Shown here one piece after another: positions 37,040 to 49,825 of a stretch of 64,000 nt of DNA. Every line of letters starts with the position of its first letter. Positions within the stretch are counted from its first letter, which is position 1. The stretch covers positions 1,798,001 through 1,862,000 of the forward strand of contig ML978126.1 of the NCBI GenBank assembly GCA_010015805.1, in the 5' to 3' direction. The notes beneath the pieces are model-generated. The model was not told where the DNA came from. It did not search any database and saw only the letters and a program-made list of their open reading frames with translations. Position numbers and translations under genes: made by a program. Source of the DNA: Rhizodiscina lignyota. Its lineage: Eukaryota.

Positions 37040-37910
37040 AAGTATAGAGATAAGCAAAAACTTATGAGTAGCTCCAGAAATGTTGCTCAGAGTAGAAATA
37101 TATGGAGTTACGTGAGAGACAGATTGTCAGAACTGAAGTCACAGTACGATGAGTATCTAGGCATAAGAAGCCTAAAGAGCTACTATCATAGAGGAAAGCT
37201 AACTATTTATAAATACCAGACCCGTCCTGAAAGGGTAATGAATACAAATTAAGATACTCCCTGTAAATCTCATATCGGAACCAGAATGGATTCAAAGGAG
37301 GCGAGATACTACGCTAATAATTCGACTGGGAAGTGTACCTGCAGAGCAAGTTCAAGGGTGATAGGGCCATCACATTGCACGAGTCTAGACTGTCGGGGGT
37401 CATGTACGAGCGGACGGAATTGCTGCTCTTCGCCTTGGGATGGTGGTGAGGGATGATTACATGGCGCAAGTGCAGGCCAGAAATAGCTGGTTAGTGGCCA
37501 TCGGGGATGCAGGTAGAGTCTCCCGGTCTCCATCGAAGAGCAGAGTGAGGGGCGGCTATGAGCCCCTAGCAAATGGTAGCCTTCCTGTGCTCAAGGGGTG
37601 TTGCATGTATGAGCGCGACTTACTGTCTGTGGCTTCACTAGTAAGCCCGGGCTAAGAGTATCGTCTATAATTTTAATTTCTTCGGAAAAGGTGTCGCATC
37701 TCTAATAATAGGTAGCTCTCTTTAATCTTCTTACTTTTATCAACTGCTATTATAGTTAAAATATAGAGAAATCGCGTAAACAGTAGTTATTTTACTCTAA
37801 TAGCTACGTAGTTATAATAATATTAAAAAACTCTCACCTCCTAAGTAGCTGATAGGTCTAGGTAGTAATAGTAATTTAAGAGGTAAAGCTATAGAAATCT
37901 AAGAAGAAGG
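37040..37910. other. AT/TpA-rich patches resembling RIP-mutated repeat relics (about 37040-37260 and 37660-37910)
   Basis: By eye, excess TA/TAG/TAA and few CA/TG, e.g. taatagctacgtagttataataatattaaaa. Confidence 0.55.
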
Positions 37911-38861
37911 CTGAAGTCGATCTGTCAGAGAGTTGTAACACACGGAGGTACCTCACCGCCCGGGAAAGGCCATGTCACATTTAACAGAACGTCCTTATCA
38001 CATCAGGCCAGTCGACTCTTCCACAATTTTCTCTACCAGAGCTGCTGCGGTACCACCACACCCCGCAGAAGAATGCCGTGCTCGACCGGCGACCAGAAAG
38101 CTAGACATTAAGGCAATCGATCTGCACGCCTTCCTTGTTCAGGTTGCACCAGATACAATGGACGGAGTTCTCCGGTCAGTATTGTGCAGTGCTATCAGTC
38201 CAAGGATGAATAGAGTTTGTGCTGTGCAGAATGAGTGAGTCAGTGGTGCAGATGGAGCGCAGGATATTGCGTCGATCGATCGATCTAGAGAGAGATCCGT
38301 GAATGAACTCTCGGGGGCTCGGGCTCGGGCCGAACGGTCTCGGCTTCGCGAACTCACAGCAGGGGAAAGGAAGGAAATTCGAAGTTAATTGATCTTCCAT
38401 CTGTGCAAAGTGATAACAATTGTGGAAGAGTTCAGTAGTAATAAAGATATATATGAATGTTCAATTCACTAATGCTTTGGTTGAAGAAGGGCGGAGTGTG
38501 GATATAATGAGGCGGCGGTCTCACGATGGGCAGACGGATCATGCTAAATGGCTACTTCTCATTTGCTTTTGAATGATGATGCTACCGAAATTCAACACTT
38601 TCGCCAGAAGGTTCAGATGAGTCAGATAAGTTCTCGCACTGCTGTGTAGGCATCCAGCCGCCCGACTCCGTTTGTCTTCCAGGCCCTTCTCTTCAAGCCT
38701 TCTAGTGAGCACACACTTGAGCACAATTGTAAACATCCTTCCAGTCCGACTTCGGTATGTTGTTGTGTCTATATAGATAAATTCCAGCTTTGTCGGCAAT
38801 CAGCGTCGAGGATTTGATACCAATAATGACCGAAAGATCGAAGCAATCTTGCCTTCATATG

Positions 38862-40773
38862 TCAATCGCCCAGACGCCTCATCTGTCAAGATCAGTATAA
38901 TCTATTCAAGCAATTATTACGGCAGATCTTACTAGTTGTTCCTTATCAGCGATCTCATCATCGAGGTTCCGAATCGTAAAGAGATATTTCCTGCGCATGT
39001 GCATCTCCTCCTCGGTGATTTTCTGCATCTTTTCCTGTAGAATTAGTTAAAAGATGATACGAATTCAAGTAGCGCGAACGGATCATAGTATACCTCAATA
39101 TACGCGAGATGACCGCGCTTCTCCTCGATAATGTCTGCTAACTGATCCAATGGCAAGGCAGAGTATTGGCTCTCCGATCTGGGCCGCTTCCGACTGCGTC
39201 CAGATTCTGTGTCGTCACCATTCGAGCGAGCAGCTGGATTGATGCAACGAGCGGAAAAGCCCTGTGCTGGAGAAGCACTGTCATTGTAACTTGCGTTGGA
39301 ACATATCCTCTGCGTCTGAGTTGGGGTCCAACTGCTGGGGTTGCGAGGCTCTTTCTGTTGGAAAGAGTGTGTGGAGCTAGAGCGAGGAGTCGCGGGGAAT
39401 GAAAAGATCGTCTCCGCTCGAGATGCAGTGGGCTCATCGGCGGAGAATACTGAATCTGCTCCAATGTCTTCGAATTGATTAGCTGCTAAGCTTAGTACGC
39501 CTTTGCCAGACGTGTTTCGTTGGCTGGTGACATGGCTGGCCTCATGATGCTGCTGGGCCCCAACCTTCACATCGTCATCGACTTGAGAAGAAATCGTATA
39601 AGGAGTGTGTTCTGTTATGTTCGCATAACTTGGACCAGAAGGTGGTAGCTTAAGAGTAGCCTCGGTAGCATATATCGGCATTTGGACTCGAACCGCGAGC
39701 TGCTCGCTATATTTGCCATCTTGACGGAGGAAATGGAGATATCCATATTGGTCCGGTTGACTGATCAGGCACATGTGTTCGGCATCGATGAATAGAACGA
39801 ATGCCTTGAACGAGCTCGCCGATTAGCATACGCACTATTTCCAATGTCGATGGAACGGAAAACTCACGTATAGATTATCTGTGATCCTTAGAGGCTGCGG
39901 CAGAATCTTTGAGACACATATCCGCTCGTTGTCCTTACGAAAGTGGCAATATGCGCAGTATCCAGAAATTCCCCCCGGAAAGGACAACTTCACTACGACA
40001 TCAGTATCGTAATTGACTCTATTCCGCCTGAGCCTCTCTCGAATGATTTGCTGCCATTCATGCCCAGGTCTGCCAATGATCTGGTGAGCTTTGAGGATCT
40101 CACTTGGCGGGGCATCGGTGCTACTTGACATTTTGAGACACTGGCGTTGATTGATGTGATCAAGTCTTGACGTCGGAAAATCGCCAGAGGTTTTGCTCTG
40201 CCGAGCCGCAGGCAGAGTAACGATTGGAGGCGCAGAGATGTTCAGTTTCAGATCAGCGGTGTGTTCGCCAGATTCTCTCCCCATCTCTTGGCCCTTGACC
40301 TTCACAAATTTGAACGGTGTCTTGTAGCCTTTGGAAGGGCTCCAGACTGAATATTCGCCAATGCCAGGCTTCGTCTGACCAAGGATGCAATACCAGTTAT
40401 TCTGCAACTTCATTGCCCAAACCTGGGATGACATTAGCGCAAGTACATCCAATGAAACAAGGTGTCTCACCCCTTGCTGCTTTCCCTCTTCCTCGTTGAA
40501 AAATGTTACTTTCATCTCCATCACCGGCGGGGGTTTGGCTTTCATTGCTTTGTGTAAGTTGAGACAACATTCAGGGTGCACAAGCCTTGTCTTTTCAGCG
40601 TTATTCCTGTAAGACTTGTATATCGCGATACTTTTTGGATTATGCCGCCCAAGTTCAGCCCAGGTTGGGTTTCCATGGATGCTCTTCGATGGCGTGTTGG
40701 GATTTCCCACGTAACAGTCAGAGTGCACCAACTGTGCAGCTGATAGATTTAATATACAGCCGGAGTGAAGCAT
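38862..40773 (-). CDS. Uncharacterised multi-exon protein, paralogue 2
   Basis: Introns 40423-40470, 39805-39867, about 39035-39093 and 38883-38932 give one open frame; homologous to the gene at 32719-34978. Confidence 0.7.
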
Positions 40774-41367
40774 ACTGAAGTCTCTCGTGTAGTTCTGGCT
40801 TCTGTTGATACACTGACACTAGAAATATACGGTTCCTCGTGCACAATGGCTGCTGAGCAGAGAAGAGAGGGGTTGGAAAAATTTGATAGTGACTGAGAAG
40901 CTCTTGCGCCTGGACAACGAAACTGGGATCTCGCTGCGTCATGAAGCACGGCTCAAGCTTGCGTGATAAACACATGGTCGGTTAGATGATACAAGATTGG
41001 CCGATTCACTCCAATATGACCGCAAGAAAAGCCTAACGACCTCGCATGATTCGAAAGCGGTCCAGCCGTGGTCGAACGCAACAATATTGCCACAGGAAGG
41101 AAGGAAGTCTATTTGCGGCTACCCGCTTCTGAACAAGTGACAGGGACTTGCAGAAAGCTGGACAGAGCTGTGGATGGGTTCCAATACCCACTTAGAAAGA
41201 TAGGTACTGCTATTTGATTGACTTACGGCCAAGCCACTCGCTTAGGTAGACGCCACCTCTAATCTATTCTAGATAAAATGTGAGCTACACCTCTCCTCTT
41301 CTAGTCTGTAAGGCCTCTATTAGATAACGTCGACAGAACGAGGCGATAAAGGAAATATTTCGATGTA

Positions 41368-41521
41368 TCCCCCTCACGGCCAGAAATAGCTGCCAAAGTG
41401 CACCTAGTCTGAAAAATTCTAAGAGGTTAGGAAGGTTCTTTAAGTGAAGCGGAAAGAACATGACTTTCGGTGGTTAGCGGAGTTTAGGTAGGTTGGCAGC
41501 CATTTCTGGCCGTGAGGGGGA
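41368..41521. mobile_element. MITE-like element, 154 bp, 29-bp TIRs, TA target duplication
   Basis: TA|TCCCCCTCACGGCCAGAAATAGCTGCCAA ... TTGGCAGCCATTTCTGGCCGTGAGGGGGA|TA with one mismatch; no ORF inside. Confidence 0.8.
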
Positions 41522-42965
41522 TATGCCTGCCGAGCTTTTGATTCTCCCTTGTCATATTGATATATCTTTATACTATTGGTTAGAAAAGTGGATCCTTTGT
41601 GTTTGACCTACGAATTCCTCGTACCGCGGCGTAGAGCGCTGTAGCCTTACTCGATGCGAGTGGTTGCGGAGAAATATGATACATCGCCTGCTGCGCTTTG
41701 CAAGCCTCATCGCAGGCCGAGCGAAAGAGTAGAAGACTGCTGCCTACGGCATCTAGGATGTACTATCTAATAGAAAATAGGATCTGTCTGATTTTTAGGT
41801 CAAGTACACTGAAGGACGTAGACTATTTGTAAAAGAACCAACTGGGCAAAGAAGCCGTCTTATTGCGGCTTGGAGAGTATCCCGCAGGGGGTACCTAGGT
41901 AACGTCTCCATCGGTACCGGTACCTTGGGCTTCGATGATGACAGCCCCTTGTCGTGCTCACTCGAATCTGAGGCCATCTGTAACAATACTTTTATGCAAG
42001 TATCCGAAGCTCGCTTGTTGGAGTGAGGTTGCAATAAAGCCCTGCCAAAAACGGTGGGTCTCGGGGGTGGGGACGGGCCGCCAAATGATTCGGATCGGGT
42101 GCCCGAGGAACCGTGGTCGCGGGCACGTTGCGGCACTTGCGGGGCGCCGCCTTGCACCTGATCGTCGCTCCGGAGTAGGTTGTTTGTAACCACCTCACAA
42201 TCTCATCCTTTCGACAACGTCATACCTATGCCCGCCCGCGCATTGGTTCTTGTGGGAACATCCATGCTTGTGAAGTGCGCAAATCTTTGGTAAGTATTCT
42301 CTGTATGTCTCCGATTTTTGTATCTCATGTCCCCAAGTCACAGCAATTTGCATCACCTTGCACCACCTTGCACTAACACGTCGGTAACTGTTGGCAGACT
42401 GCGGCAGACTGCGGCGGCACATTGTGTCGCTTCTGCAGATTTCCGTTCATCGGAGTCTCTTGTATTTGTTAAAGCTACATATTTCACTCAGTCTCTCCAA
42501 TTAGGAATGACAATGGAAGCTCGGCTCCTGTGCGTGGCTCGTCCCCGCTTCCCCAGACTGTTAGTTGCATGGATTCCCCACACAACCACTTCGGCATTGA
42601 CCAATTTCGTACCCTGCTTCATATGATTGAAAAGGAAGCTCTGCATCACAGTGCGTACCGAGGACGAATGCCATCAGCTTGGCTAAATCTAGATCTCGCA
42701 CCATGTGTCTGTTTGAGAGCACACCTCCGCCCACCAACATCTCCAATGCGAATGCGAACCAATGTGCTGATCTTCAGACGATGTGCCATTTTTCGCCTAT
42801 CATCCCCACTCGCATCATTTTCCGAATGAAAAGCGAACGGAACGCTGACTGATATAATGATGGAGGAACGCTATCTTTAACCCTCAGCTCCGAGCTTCCT
42901 CGAGGCGGATTGAGCTCAATTGATATTCCCTTTCTCTTTCGTTCAGACATCTCGATTCATTCGAC

Positions 42966-44889
42966 ATGGAGGCACCCAATGATATGGACACATCAAAGGC
43001 AGAAAAAGGCGAGCTGGAGCACGCACAGACGAATCAGTCAGACTCTCCTTCTGAGCTCGAGCTGCAGAAAGAGAAAACTCTTCGTTATGTTGACTTGGAG
43101 AATAAGAACGCATTTAAAGGAGATGATTCAGATGGGAAGATTGAGTGGACGGTCAGGAAGGCATTTGCAGCGGCGTTTCTGGCTATGCTCTATACTGGTG
43201 TGTCTTGCTCCTTCATCTTGGTATCTATCGTTCAGTCGCTCACGCTTTGCATAGGTTCTCAGATCCTGCTCTACTTCATCGGCGGCAGCCTCTCATTCAT
43301 TGTTAAGGACCTCAAGACAAGCGCTGCATCAGGTTGGCTCCCTACCGCGAATACGCTAGCAATTGCCTCTGTAGCCCCGTTTGTGGGATATATGCAAGAC
43401 CTCTTTGGCAAGCGCTACATTTCTCTTTTCGGGCGCCGGCCTCCTCTGTCTCGGGTGCCTCTTACTCGGCACCGCTCACTCGTTCGGCCAAGCACTCGCC
43501 GGCATGGCTCTCGCTGGTGCGGGAGCTGGAATTGGAGAGCTCACCGGTCTTGCCGGGTATGTTTATATGATTTCCGTTAATGGCTGGGCGAGATTTTACT
43601 GATGCCGGCCCAGGCTTGCGGAGACGGTCCCTGTCCGATACCGCGGCTACTCCCTCGCTGCACTTACCGCATTCGTCTTCCCATTTACTCCATACGTCAT
43701 GTACAGCCAACTTCTTGGAACCTATCACACTTGGCGATGGGGGCCTTGGATATCGTTGATCTACAACGGAGCGACAGGCCTCGGCCTGGCCTTCACGTAC
43801 TTCCCGCACATCCACGCACGTGCCGAAGGCTTCTCTTACCGGGCTATCCTCAAGCGCATCGACTTCATGGGCGGCTTCCTCTCCATCACCGGCCTGACTT
43901 TATTCCTAGTCGCGCTGCAGGCTGGCGGGTACACGCACCCGTGGAAGAGCGCGTACGTGCTGTGCACGCTGCTCATCGGCTTCTTCACCATCGTCGCGTG
44001 GATCGTGTGGGAGTGGCGCATCGCGACGCACCCTATGGTGCCGCGTGAGCTGTTCCAGGGCCAGCGCGTCGTCTCGCTCGCCTATATGGTCGCCTTCGTC
44101 GCGGGCATGAATTTCTTCTCCATGCTCAACTTCTGGCCGCTCCTCATCTCGACGGTGTACGACCCGGACCCGGTCAAGGTCGGGCTGCGCGGCCTCGTGC
44201 CAGGCTTGATGACCACCGTTGGCGCCATCTTCTTCAACGCTATGCTGAGTACCTGGCGGGGTGGAAGTAAGTGGATCCTCGTCATGGCCAGCGCGATCCT
44301 CTGCGCCTTCGGTGGCTCCCTGTCTGTCATCCGCCCAGATAACGAGGTGATGACTATCGCGCTTGGGTCGACTGGATCACTTGGCCTGGGCGGCGTGATC
44401 GTCCCGTCCGCAACGGTCGCCATGATTGCCGCTCCCGATGCGCTTATCACTACCTGCGCCGCCCTGTCGCTCAGCATCCGCGCGGTCGGCGGCAGCATTG
44501 GGTACAGCATCTACTACAACATCTTCGAGGAGAAGCTCAAGGCGCGCCTCCCGATATACGTGGGCCAGTATGCCGTGCAGGCCGGCCTGTCGTTGGCGAA
44601 CGCTAAGATCTTCGTTGAGACCTACCTCCTTGACCCGACTGATATCACGAAGATCCCCGGCGTGACGCCGCAGATACTAGCCGCGGCAATGAAGGGTTCA
44701 CAATGGGCGTATGCCGAGTCGTTGCGCTACGTTTGGTAAGTCCCCTCCTATTCATAATGTTGCGCAGTTCTGATAACATCGTGCTGCAGGTGGACCAGTA
44801 TCGCGTTCGGTGTACTGTCGATGGCTTGCGCTGCAATGCTGCCCAACACCAAGAAGTTCCAGACGAACCGTGTCGCCGTTGCGCTATGA
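42966..44889 (+). CDS. TRI12-like (DHA14) MFS efflux transporter with an apparent +1 frameshift at 43431-43433
   Basis: QDLFGKR, ELTGLAG|LAETVP.RYRG, TWRW, RIDFMG, RAVGGSIG; three introns; frame changes at ISLF-GGG-CGCC. Confidence 0.85.
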
Positions 44890-45017
44890 AAGGCAGGATT
44901 GTGTTTGAGGCTCTTGGAACTGCCTGACAGTGTACTGTGCGGAATGACGAAAGCATGTCACAGGAGGCTTCGATAAAGATTGTAAATTGAAACCAATTAC
45001 GTTCCACGGCATGCCAT

Positions 45018-45869
45018 TTAACCTTGGCTCAACTTGCGTTCCACAGCCTTGATGATCTTCTTGATCTGGTCTCCAAAATGCTTGATCTCGTTGACATGCA
45101 TGAGATCTTCCTCTAAGGTCCCACCGAACTCCAAAGCCCTAATGAGCCTCTGAATCCTCTTCTTACGATCCGGAATTTTATCAAACTCTACGAGAGCTTG
45201 CTCCAAGTTGTCGGGAAAGGCCACTTTGCCCTGATGTAGCATCTCACTATTGCGTTTCATGACACCAATAGCCTCTTTCATACTGTCCCACCAACCTTTT
45301 CCCACAAAGTGATATTGCTCAGGTCCTCTGAGATACTCAACCTCCGCAACTAGATTCTCCCACACGGTGTGCATGTAATGCGGTCGTTCGAAGTATCTGC
45401 TTGCAGTAGCTTGGCCAGCCGCCACTTGTAGGGGCAAAGTGGGAGTATCATCGTAAGCAAGGCGGTAGTAGTGCTGGGTTGTCGGGGTGGCGGGCGACGG
45501 GAGTGGCTGCGCTGGAGGTAGTCCGGAGATGTCGCGATGAGCTATCTCCGAGATCATTCTCGCCAATTCCTCAGACGTGTGTTGCAAAAGGCGACGAGGG
45601 TGAGGAGGCCCTGCAATACTAGCGTCGTTATCGGCTTGCAGGTCGTTCGGGGTATCGGAGTCGTCGTCATCACTGTCTTCATTGAACTCATTTCCCCAAT
45701 TGTCTTCCGATTGGGACACATCTTGCTTAGATTTGGAGTCGTCTCTGGATCCAGCGAGATCGGAGATATTCTGCCACGTGCTACTGTCATTGTGATGACG
45801 GGTCGAAGGTGGTTCTGTTGCCGCTCTAGGCTGATCGAACGGATTGCGCAGTCGAGGAATCGGAGACAT
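45018..45869 (-). CDS. Hypothetical protein, 283 aa (acidic N-half, helical C-half)
   Basis: Long ATG-initiated open frame; no family recognised. Confidence 0.65.
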   Translation of the reverse strand: MSPIPRLRNPFDQPRAATEPPSTRHHNDSSTWQNISDLAGSRDDSKSKQDVSQSEDNWGNEFNEDSDDDDSDTPNDLQADNDASIAGPPHPRRLLQHTSEELARMISEIAHRDISGLPPAQPLPSPATPTTQHYYRLAYDDTPTLPLQVAAGQATASRYFERPHYMHTVWENLVAEVEYLRGPEQYHFVGKGWWDSMKEAIGVMKRNSEMLHQGKVAFPDNLEQALVEFDKIPDRKKRIQRLIRALEFGGTLEEDLMHVNEIKHFGDQIKKIIKAVERKLSQG

Positions 45870-46288
45870 TCCAGCAATTTAACAAGGATACAGTTGCGAG
45901 AGTTAGGAATGTAAGCATAGTCATATCGTTGTGTGAGACATGAGCAGAATCAAATATACCACAGAAGTTAGGCATCGAGCGGCACCTCCGAAGTTTGACA
46001 GGACAAAAAAACAAGAAGTGCTTTGCTATGGAGAGAGGTAACATAGCACCCACGAGGAATCCATTTGCTGACAATGTGGATATCATCAATCTACTTTACG
46101 CGTGGTGCCCAACCGGCTGAAGTCCACATGCACAATCGAAAGTACGGAAGATGCATATAGAATAAGTCGGTATGCTCCGGAGTTTGTGTTTGTTCAAGCC
46201 ATTTGCAAGCAAAATCAAGATGTTGCATCCGCCAATACCATCAGATGCGGTGGCATTCCAGATCCACTGGAATTGAATAACACTGCTC

Positions 46289-46797
46289 TTAAATGAACCA
46301 CGGATTCTCTCCAACTCTTTGAGCTATACAACGAATCTGAGTTAAAACAGTGGAAAAGCCTGGAAGACGATGCGCAGAGTTTATGATTTGAAGCTCCTCA
46401 CTCAACTTTTGCAAATTGCCCCGGACGCCGAGCGCTGGCGGTCCCCCCGCTGGAAGGCCTATAAGGCCATCGATTAATTCGACACGGCCATATACCTCCG
46501 TCCAGAACAGCAAATGGTTCCGCCACTTCTGTGAATCAGCAATAAAGTCAAATACTGGCAAAAATTGAGCGGACTCACCCTATGGTTCATATAATGAACG
46601 AGGTCTTGCCACATTGTGACTATGTGATGCTGCCAGGCCATCATATTCCCATGGTGCGGAGTGAGCCCCATTTCTCGATCAAAAACCTCGGCCGGGTATG
46701 TATTGCGATTCTGTTTACGATGGGATGCAAAAAGGTGGGGTACGTGGTTGTATTCACCCCGCCCGGGAAAGTACTCATTAGAATAGCGGGGATTCAT
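46289..46797 (-). CDS. Hypothetical spliced gene
   Basis: MNPRY...MNHR joined by a GTGAGT..CTGAT..CAG intron in frame to KWRNHLLFW...; 3' end uncertain. Confidence 0.45.
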
Positions 46798-47531
46798 TGT
46801 CAGAGACTCTGCAAGCTAGTCTCGCTGTCCACAATGGGTTGCTCGGGAGCGATGTAGAGAGTAGAAATGGCGCTGGATAAACGTGTTATTTTAAGAAAAA
46901 TGGGATAAGATCTTGGGCGCTCATCGCAAGGTCTGCCACCATGCAGGACGTCAATTGACCTTGCTGGTAGCCGAGACAATGGACAAACGCTGAAAAGAAG
47001 ATGCAGAGTTGGGACACCGGATCAGGCGAACCAGTTGTTTGATGCAATGAAAACCGAACTTGTATACCGCTCACAGCAAGGAAACGCAATCAAGGCGGGA
47101 ACTGCCATGACCGGAAGAATGTCCATGACAAGGGTTGGTTGCGCAAACTGATCTTGTTGAGAGGTGGATATGTGAGTGATATGTTGCTGAGTTGCACCGC
47201 TTGCAAGGCAGCGAATCTGAACAAGCCAGCCATCGACGAGAACATGGATTGTGTTTGCCAGCATGACGCCCGACGTGGAAAGGGGCAGGGAGGAGGAAGA
47301 GTTTGGTCGGCATAATGTATTGCCGTTCCGAGGCATCGTAAAGTGGTTTTGTGCCAAGACGCTAAACGCGTCGCGAACCGCGACTGAGACCAGGGAGACG
47401 CGACTTCTTCGGTGCCCTCCTTCTGCTCACCCACCCACTGCACTTTCTATACGCACAATTGCTGTTTCCATACTTCGTTGCTGCTATTTTCACTACTGTG
47501 TGCACCACCTGTAGGAATAGAAGCTGCAACC

Positions 47532-49632
47532 ATGCCTTCGACAGTGCTGGGAAAGAGAAGCAGACCCTCAGTGGAGGCAGCAGGTACGTTGTGTCGGAAA
47601 GACGCGAGCATATTGCACAAAGAAACTGACTCTAAGCTGTACAGATGAAATCTTGACGAGGAAGACGAGTTCCAAGAGACAGTCACAGTTCGTTATCGCG
47701 TCAGATCAAGAAAATGCGAATCCTTTCATCACGCCTCGCTCCTCGAAGCGCAAGCGGGTCGAAGATGGAGATGCGATGGAAGTGGATGAGACGGAGCAAG
47801 AAAATACGCCAAAAGCTTTGCAAAAGAACAAAGTCGTAGCTTCTACTTCTCCTGCAAAACATGGTGCGCCTGAGAGCAGAGTCGTTGTCCAGTCGACGCG
47901 TCACGCGAAACTAGCAAGAGCAGACTCTGCGATCAACACGTCTTCCACTTCAACTTCCTCACCACGAACTCCTCGACATCGGGATGCCACTGCCCAGAGG
48001 GTTCTTGTCACTCCTCGACATCGTGTGGGACTTGTTGGCAAGCCATTAACACCGCATACTCCACGAACGCCGGCCACTTCACGATCCGCTGCGCCGACAG
48101 TTTACAACGTTGCGCGTCAATTGTTTATACGAAGCACAGAACCAGGGAAGCTGATTGGCCGCGAAAATGAGAGACGTGAGCTCTCAGCTCTCATCTCGAC
48201 GCGCCTTGAGAAAACGTCGTCGGGATGCATCTACGTTTCAGGTCCTCCCGGCACTGGAAAAAGCGCACTCGTCAACGAAGTTTGCTCAGAATTCATCGAG
48301 AACGATTCGTGCAGCCAGAGTTACGTCAACTGCATGAGCGTCAAGCATGCGCGAGATATCTATGTTAAACTTCTCGAGGACTTCGGCGCGAATGATGGCA
48401 TCATCAACGGTTCCGAATCCTCTGCGCTGAAGGAGATCTTCTTCGGCAGAAGAAACTCATTTGTCGTTGTGCTCGACGAGATCGACCACCTGCTGGATAT
48501 CGACTTGAATCTGCTGTATGCGCTCTTCGAATGGAGCCTTGACCCTTCGTCCTCGCTCATCCTGATCGGCATCGCTAATGCGCTCGACTTTACCGATCGC
48601 TTCTTGCCTCGCCTAAAGTCTCGTGGCTTGAAACCGCACTTACTGCCATTCATGCCATACTCGGCTGCCCAGATCGCGTCAGTCGTCACTGGCAAGCTAA
48701 AATCCCTCATCTCTCCGACCGATGCTGGTGCAGCGGGTCCGGAGTTCACGCCGTTCCTCCACCCGGCTGCAATCCAATTCCTCTCCAAGAAAGTCGCCTC
48801 CGCAACGGGGGACCTCCGTCGGGCCTTCGACATTGTCCGTCGAGCAATCGACGTCATTGAGACCGAGACGCGCGACAAGCTCTCCCAATCTACACCCGAC
48901 ACAACTCCAAGCAGCACGCCGTCCTCCACACCCTCAAAGACTCCGCTCGTCGAGAATATCAACCTCTCTTCGCCCCCCCACGTACGCTCCCCTACCAAGT
49001 CGCCACAAAAGAGTGTGCTAACGCAGGAGAAGGCACAGCTCAACCCGCTCGCGCATCTTACACCTGAGACAGCGCCGCGCGCCACAATCGCACATATCGC
49101 ACGCCTAACCTCGGCAATGTTCAACACGGGCGCAACCGCACGCCTGCAAGGTTTAAACCTGCAACAAAAAGCCGTGCTCTGTGCGCTGGTGGGCTGCGAA
49201 GAGCGGGCTCGGCGTGCTGCTTCCAACGCATCCACAGACGAGCCACACACCCCATCTCGCAAGGTGAGAGGAAAGGCACAGAACGCTGTGGCACCGACGA
49301 CGAAGGAGTTATTCGAGATCTACGCAAAAGCGTGTAAGAAGGAAAACTCACTGCATCCGCTCACGGCGACCGAGTTTGGCGACGTGCTGGCAGGCCTGGA
49401 GACGCTATCCCTCGTGTCTGCGGTGGAGGGGAAGAGTGGGTCATTTGCTACTGGAGGGGCGGCGGGGACGCCAAGTCGACGTGGACGTGGGTTTGGCACG
49501 CCGTCTGGGCGGAAAGGCAAGGAGGAGAGGAGGGTGGCGAGTGCAGTTGGGATGAATGACGTGAAGACAATGTTGGAGGGCACGAAGGTTGGGAGAGGGA
49601 TACTGGAGGGCATGGTTGAAGGAAACGAATAA
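47532..49632 (+). CDS. CDC6: Replication licensing AAA+ ATPase Cdc6/Cdc18, intron 47584-47644
   Basis: YVSGPPGTGKS Walker A, VLDEID Walker B, IGIANALD.TDRFLPRL, GDLRRA; many S/T-P CDK sites. Confidence 0.95.
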
Positions 49633-49825
49633 ACCAATGTGCCGCATACGTGAAGATGTTGCGGAAAGGAAGAGTCACGATGCATAGCGTTTTTCATTTG
49701 CGGATTTTGCTGTTGCATAGCGGAATGGCGTTTGGGTATTCACGACCGTAGAGGTCGTCTGCTGTACTCTGTACATGGAATAATACAAGAATCACATATT
49801 TTACAACTTATCCTAAATGACTTCA

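Noticed and set aside
37475..37489. 15-nt match (ggccagaaatagctg) to the MITE TIR
   Set aside because: No partner TIR or TA flank; a few 15-mer matches are expected by chance within 64 kb
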